Shown here: one piece after another, positions 61,694 through 64,000 of the stretch | Numbering within the stretch: position 1 is the first letter of the stretch | Layout: each line of letters opens with the position of its first letter | Origin: Takakia lepidozioides | Taxonomy: Eukaryota > Plantae > Bryophyta | Length of the DNA stretch: 64,000 nt | Assembly (NCBI GenBank): GCA_030704615.1 | Contig: CM060732.1 | Span: 28,210,001-28,274,000 of the forward strand | Direction of reading: 5' to 3' | Notes under the pieces: generated by a model | Database searches by the model: none | What the model saw: only the letters and a program-made list of their open reading frames with translations | What the model was told of the DNA's origin: nothing | Made by a program: the position numbers and the translations under genes

Positions 61694-61949
61694 GTGAGAT
61701 TGCACCGCAGAAACCATCAGCGGGACTTACTGGATTTTTTAAATGGATTTGCCCATGCAGGATTAGCATGTCCCCCTTTTTAGGATGCTAGCTAGTGCCA
61801 AGTTTTTGTTTCTCGGCAAGACAGAAGGCCACGTTGCCAAGTTTTGGCTAAACCCTAATATATTTTAGCCAAAAAATCACGTTATTCTTAGCCAAATAAC
61901 TATATTGTTAATAGTTGAATTATTGAAGGGGAAGAAGAGTTAAATCTCA

Positions 61950-62830
61950 AAGGATATGCCTCAACAGTCAACCATGACCAAGAAGAAAAACTCTAACATA
62001 TTTTTTACAATGATCCCTTAGAGCCAATGTAAGGATCTCTTAAATTGGAAAAATAAAAAAAACTAAATTGCTATTTACGTTCATTGTAAGGATCCCTTAT
62101 AACGTTCTAAGCCGCTCTAAGGATTTCATAGAGCGGGAAAACTAATCGGTCAACCATGACGAAGAAGATAAACCTAACATATTTTTTACATTTATTCTAA
62201 CAATCGCTTAATATCCTTAGAGCCAATGTAAAGATTTGTTAGATTGGGAAAATAGAACAAGCTAAATTGCTATTTACGTTCCTTCTAAGGATCCCTTAGA
62301 GCCGCTCTAAGGATTTCATATAGCGGGAAAACAGAAATAGCTAAATTGCTATTTATATTCGCTCTAAGAATCCTTTAGAGCCGCTCTAGGGGTTTTTTAG
62401 AGTGGAAAAACAGAAACAACTAATTTGCTATTTACATTCGATCTAAGTATTATTTAGAGTAAGAAAATAAAAAAAGATAATTTGCTATTTACATTCGCTC
62501 TAAGGATCCCTTAGAGCTGCTCTAAGCCGCTCTAGGATTTTCTACAATGGGAAACATAAAAAAGCTAAATTGCTATTTGTATTTGCTCTAAGGATCCTTC
62601 AGAGCCGCTCTAAGGATTTATTAGAGCGGGAAAACAAAAAAAATCTAAATGGCTATTCACATTTGATCCAAGCATTACTTAGAGCAAGAAAACAGAATAA
62701 ACTATATTGCTTTTTGCAATCGCTCTAAGAATCCCTTAGAGCCGCTCTCAGCCGCTCTAAGGATTTTTTAGAGTGATTAAAAAAACAACACATTCACTCT
62801 AGGAGTTTCTTAGAATCACTCTAATGATTT
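61950..62830. repeat. ~60-70-bp tandem repeat with TAAGGATCCCTTAGAGCCGCTCTAAGG hairpins
   Basis: Recurrent CTAAATTGCTATTTAC..TTCGCTCTAAGGATCCCTTAGAGCCGCTCTAAGG units. Confidence 0.8.
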
Positions 62831-63165
62831 TTTATTGCTGATTGAATTGGTATATCATATTACGATCAATATTATACATGTCATATTCGATGTATACATA
62901 TGGATATATATACATTATACAAAATACGAATATGAACTCCTATATCAGATTGGACTGCTTTCAGCCCTGGTTTTCAAAAATTATTTTTGTATAGGGTTTC
63001 GAACCCTTATAACTATCCATTATAGGATACAAAATTATGGCCCAAAGACCTTAAGGATTAGCCATAAAGGTTAAAAAAAATTGGAGATTTTGAAATATAA
63101 TATGATAAATAATTTGATTGAATGGATTTTGAATTTATTGAAATGATGAAGTCTGAGGTTGAAAA

Positions 63166-63606
63166 CAGTGTTGGACTGGTATAAAGTACTGCTATATGCA
63201 CTGGAATTAGATTCCAGACCAGTCTCGTTTGGGAGAATACTTGGTCATATACCAGACCAGGCTGGTATCAGTTTTTTCATACCAGCCACAATACCAGTAC
63301 TCCCCCGCAGTCTACCTCATTTACTCTGGTATGTGTACCATATTAATTTATGTGTAAATTTGCCTATACATTTGTATTTATGTATATTTACTTCTAAAGC
63401 CATCTTGAATTACAAGTTTATCAAATAGCAAATATCAAGTGAAAATAAATGCAATACACATAAAGGATGATACCAGAGTTGATATCTCATACGAGCTGGT
63501 ATTGTGGTCATGATACTCGTACTCATATCAGTATTTGGACAAATATACATCCACCATTATATAGACCAGACTGGTATGTAAAAAACTTGATACCAGTCCA
63601 ACACTG
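63166..63606. mobile_element. hAT-type MITE (441 bp)
   Basis: 17-bp TIR CAGTGTTGGACTGGTAT / ATACCAGTCCAACACTG, 8-bp TSD GTTGAAAA (63158-63165 and 63607-63614), and internal TACCAG/CTGGTA motifs. Confidence 0.92.
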
Positions 63607-64000
63607 GTTGAAAACATGATATAATATAATATTCTACATTATATATTATATGTTTATTTATATTTAAAATGTTTAATACATAATTATATATCAAGTTCTG
63701 TTAGATCTGGAACGACTGGGAACACCTGAAACTGGGGGGGGGGAACTGGAGGGGGGAGGATGGCTCCGTAGGTTGCGGTGAGAGAGCCGGGGGACTTAGT
63801 TTTTCTCAAGCTCTCCCCCGTTCGGCCTCCTCGCATCTCCCCATATATTTTGATGTGTACTGAAGCTACATGCAAGCTCTCAGTACCATCGTCGAGACGG
63901 ATACGACGTCTCTAGGGCCTTGCCCCAATCCCTAATCTAACTAACGAACTAATGGAACTCTTCTCATTCCCCCAGCTCCTCCACTTCTCTCTCTACTCCG

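Overview
This is intron-containing eukaryotic DNA from a plant, probably a non-seed land plant (inference from the plant-type AP2 mu subunit, aldehyde oxidase and PLS-PPR fragment, and from TE content). Host genes sit at the two ends: the 5' eight exons of AP2M (minus strand, 1566-5966) and a disrupted aldehyde oxidase (plus strand, 55986-61693) with part of exon 2 inverted. Between them lie ~45 kb of nested transposons, and two of them carry DNA-methyltransferase cargo. (1) A 10.9-kb Ty3/Gypsy element (13460-24396; TG..CA ends, 4-bp TSD, no LTR pair visible by eye). Its polyprotein reads gag-protease-DNMT3-like C5 methyltransferase-RT-RNaseH-integrase-PHD finger. (2) A Mutator-like (MULE) DNA transposon family carrying a spliced gene that fuses a ParB/Srx-like domain to a beta-class (N4C/N6A-type) amino-methyltransferase domain. 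One complete 16.9-kb copy (29391-46242) is inserted into the ParB-MTase gene of an older relative whose right TIR is at 50109. The younger copy is itself interrupted, in an intron, by a 6-kb CCCGGGGGG-TIR element with an 8-bp TSD that contains LINE pieces. All domain calls come from motif recognition by eye; no database searches were run.
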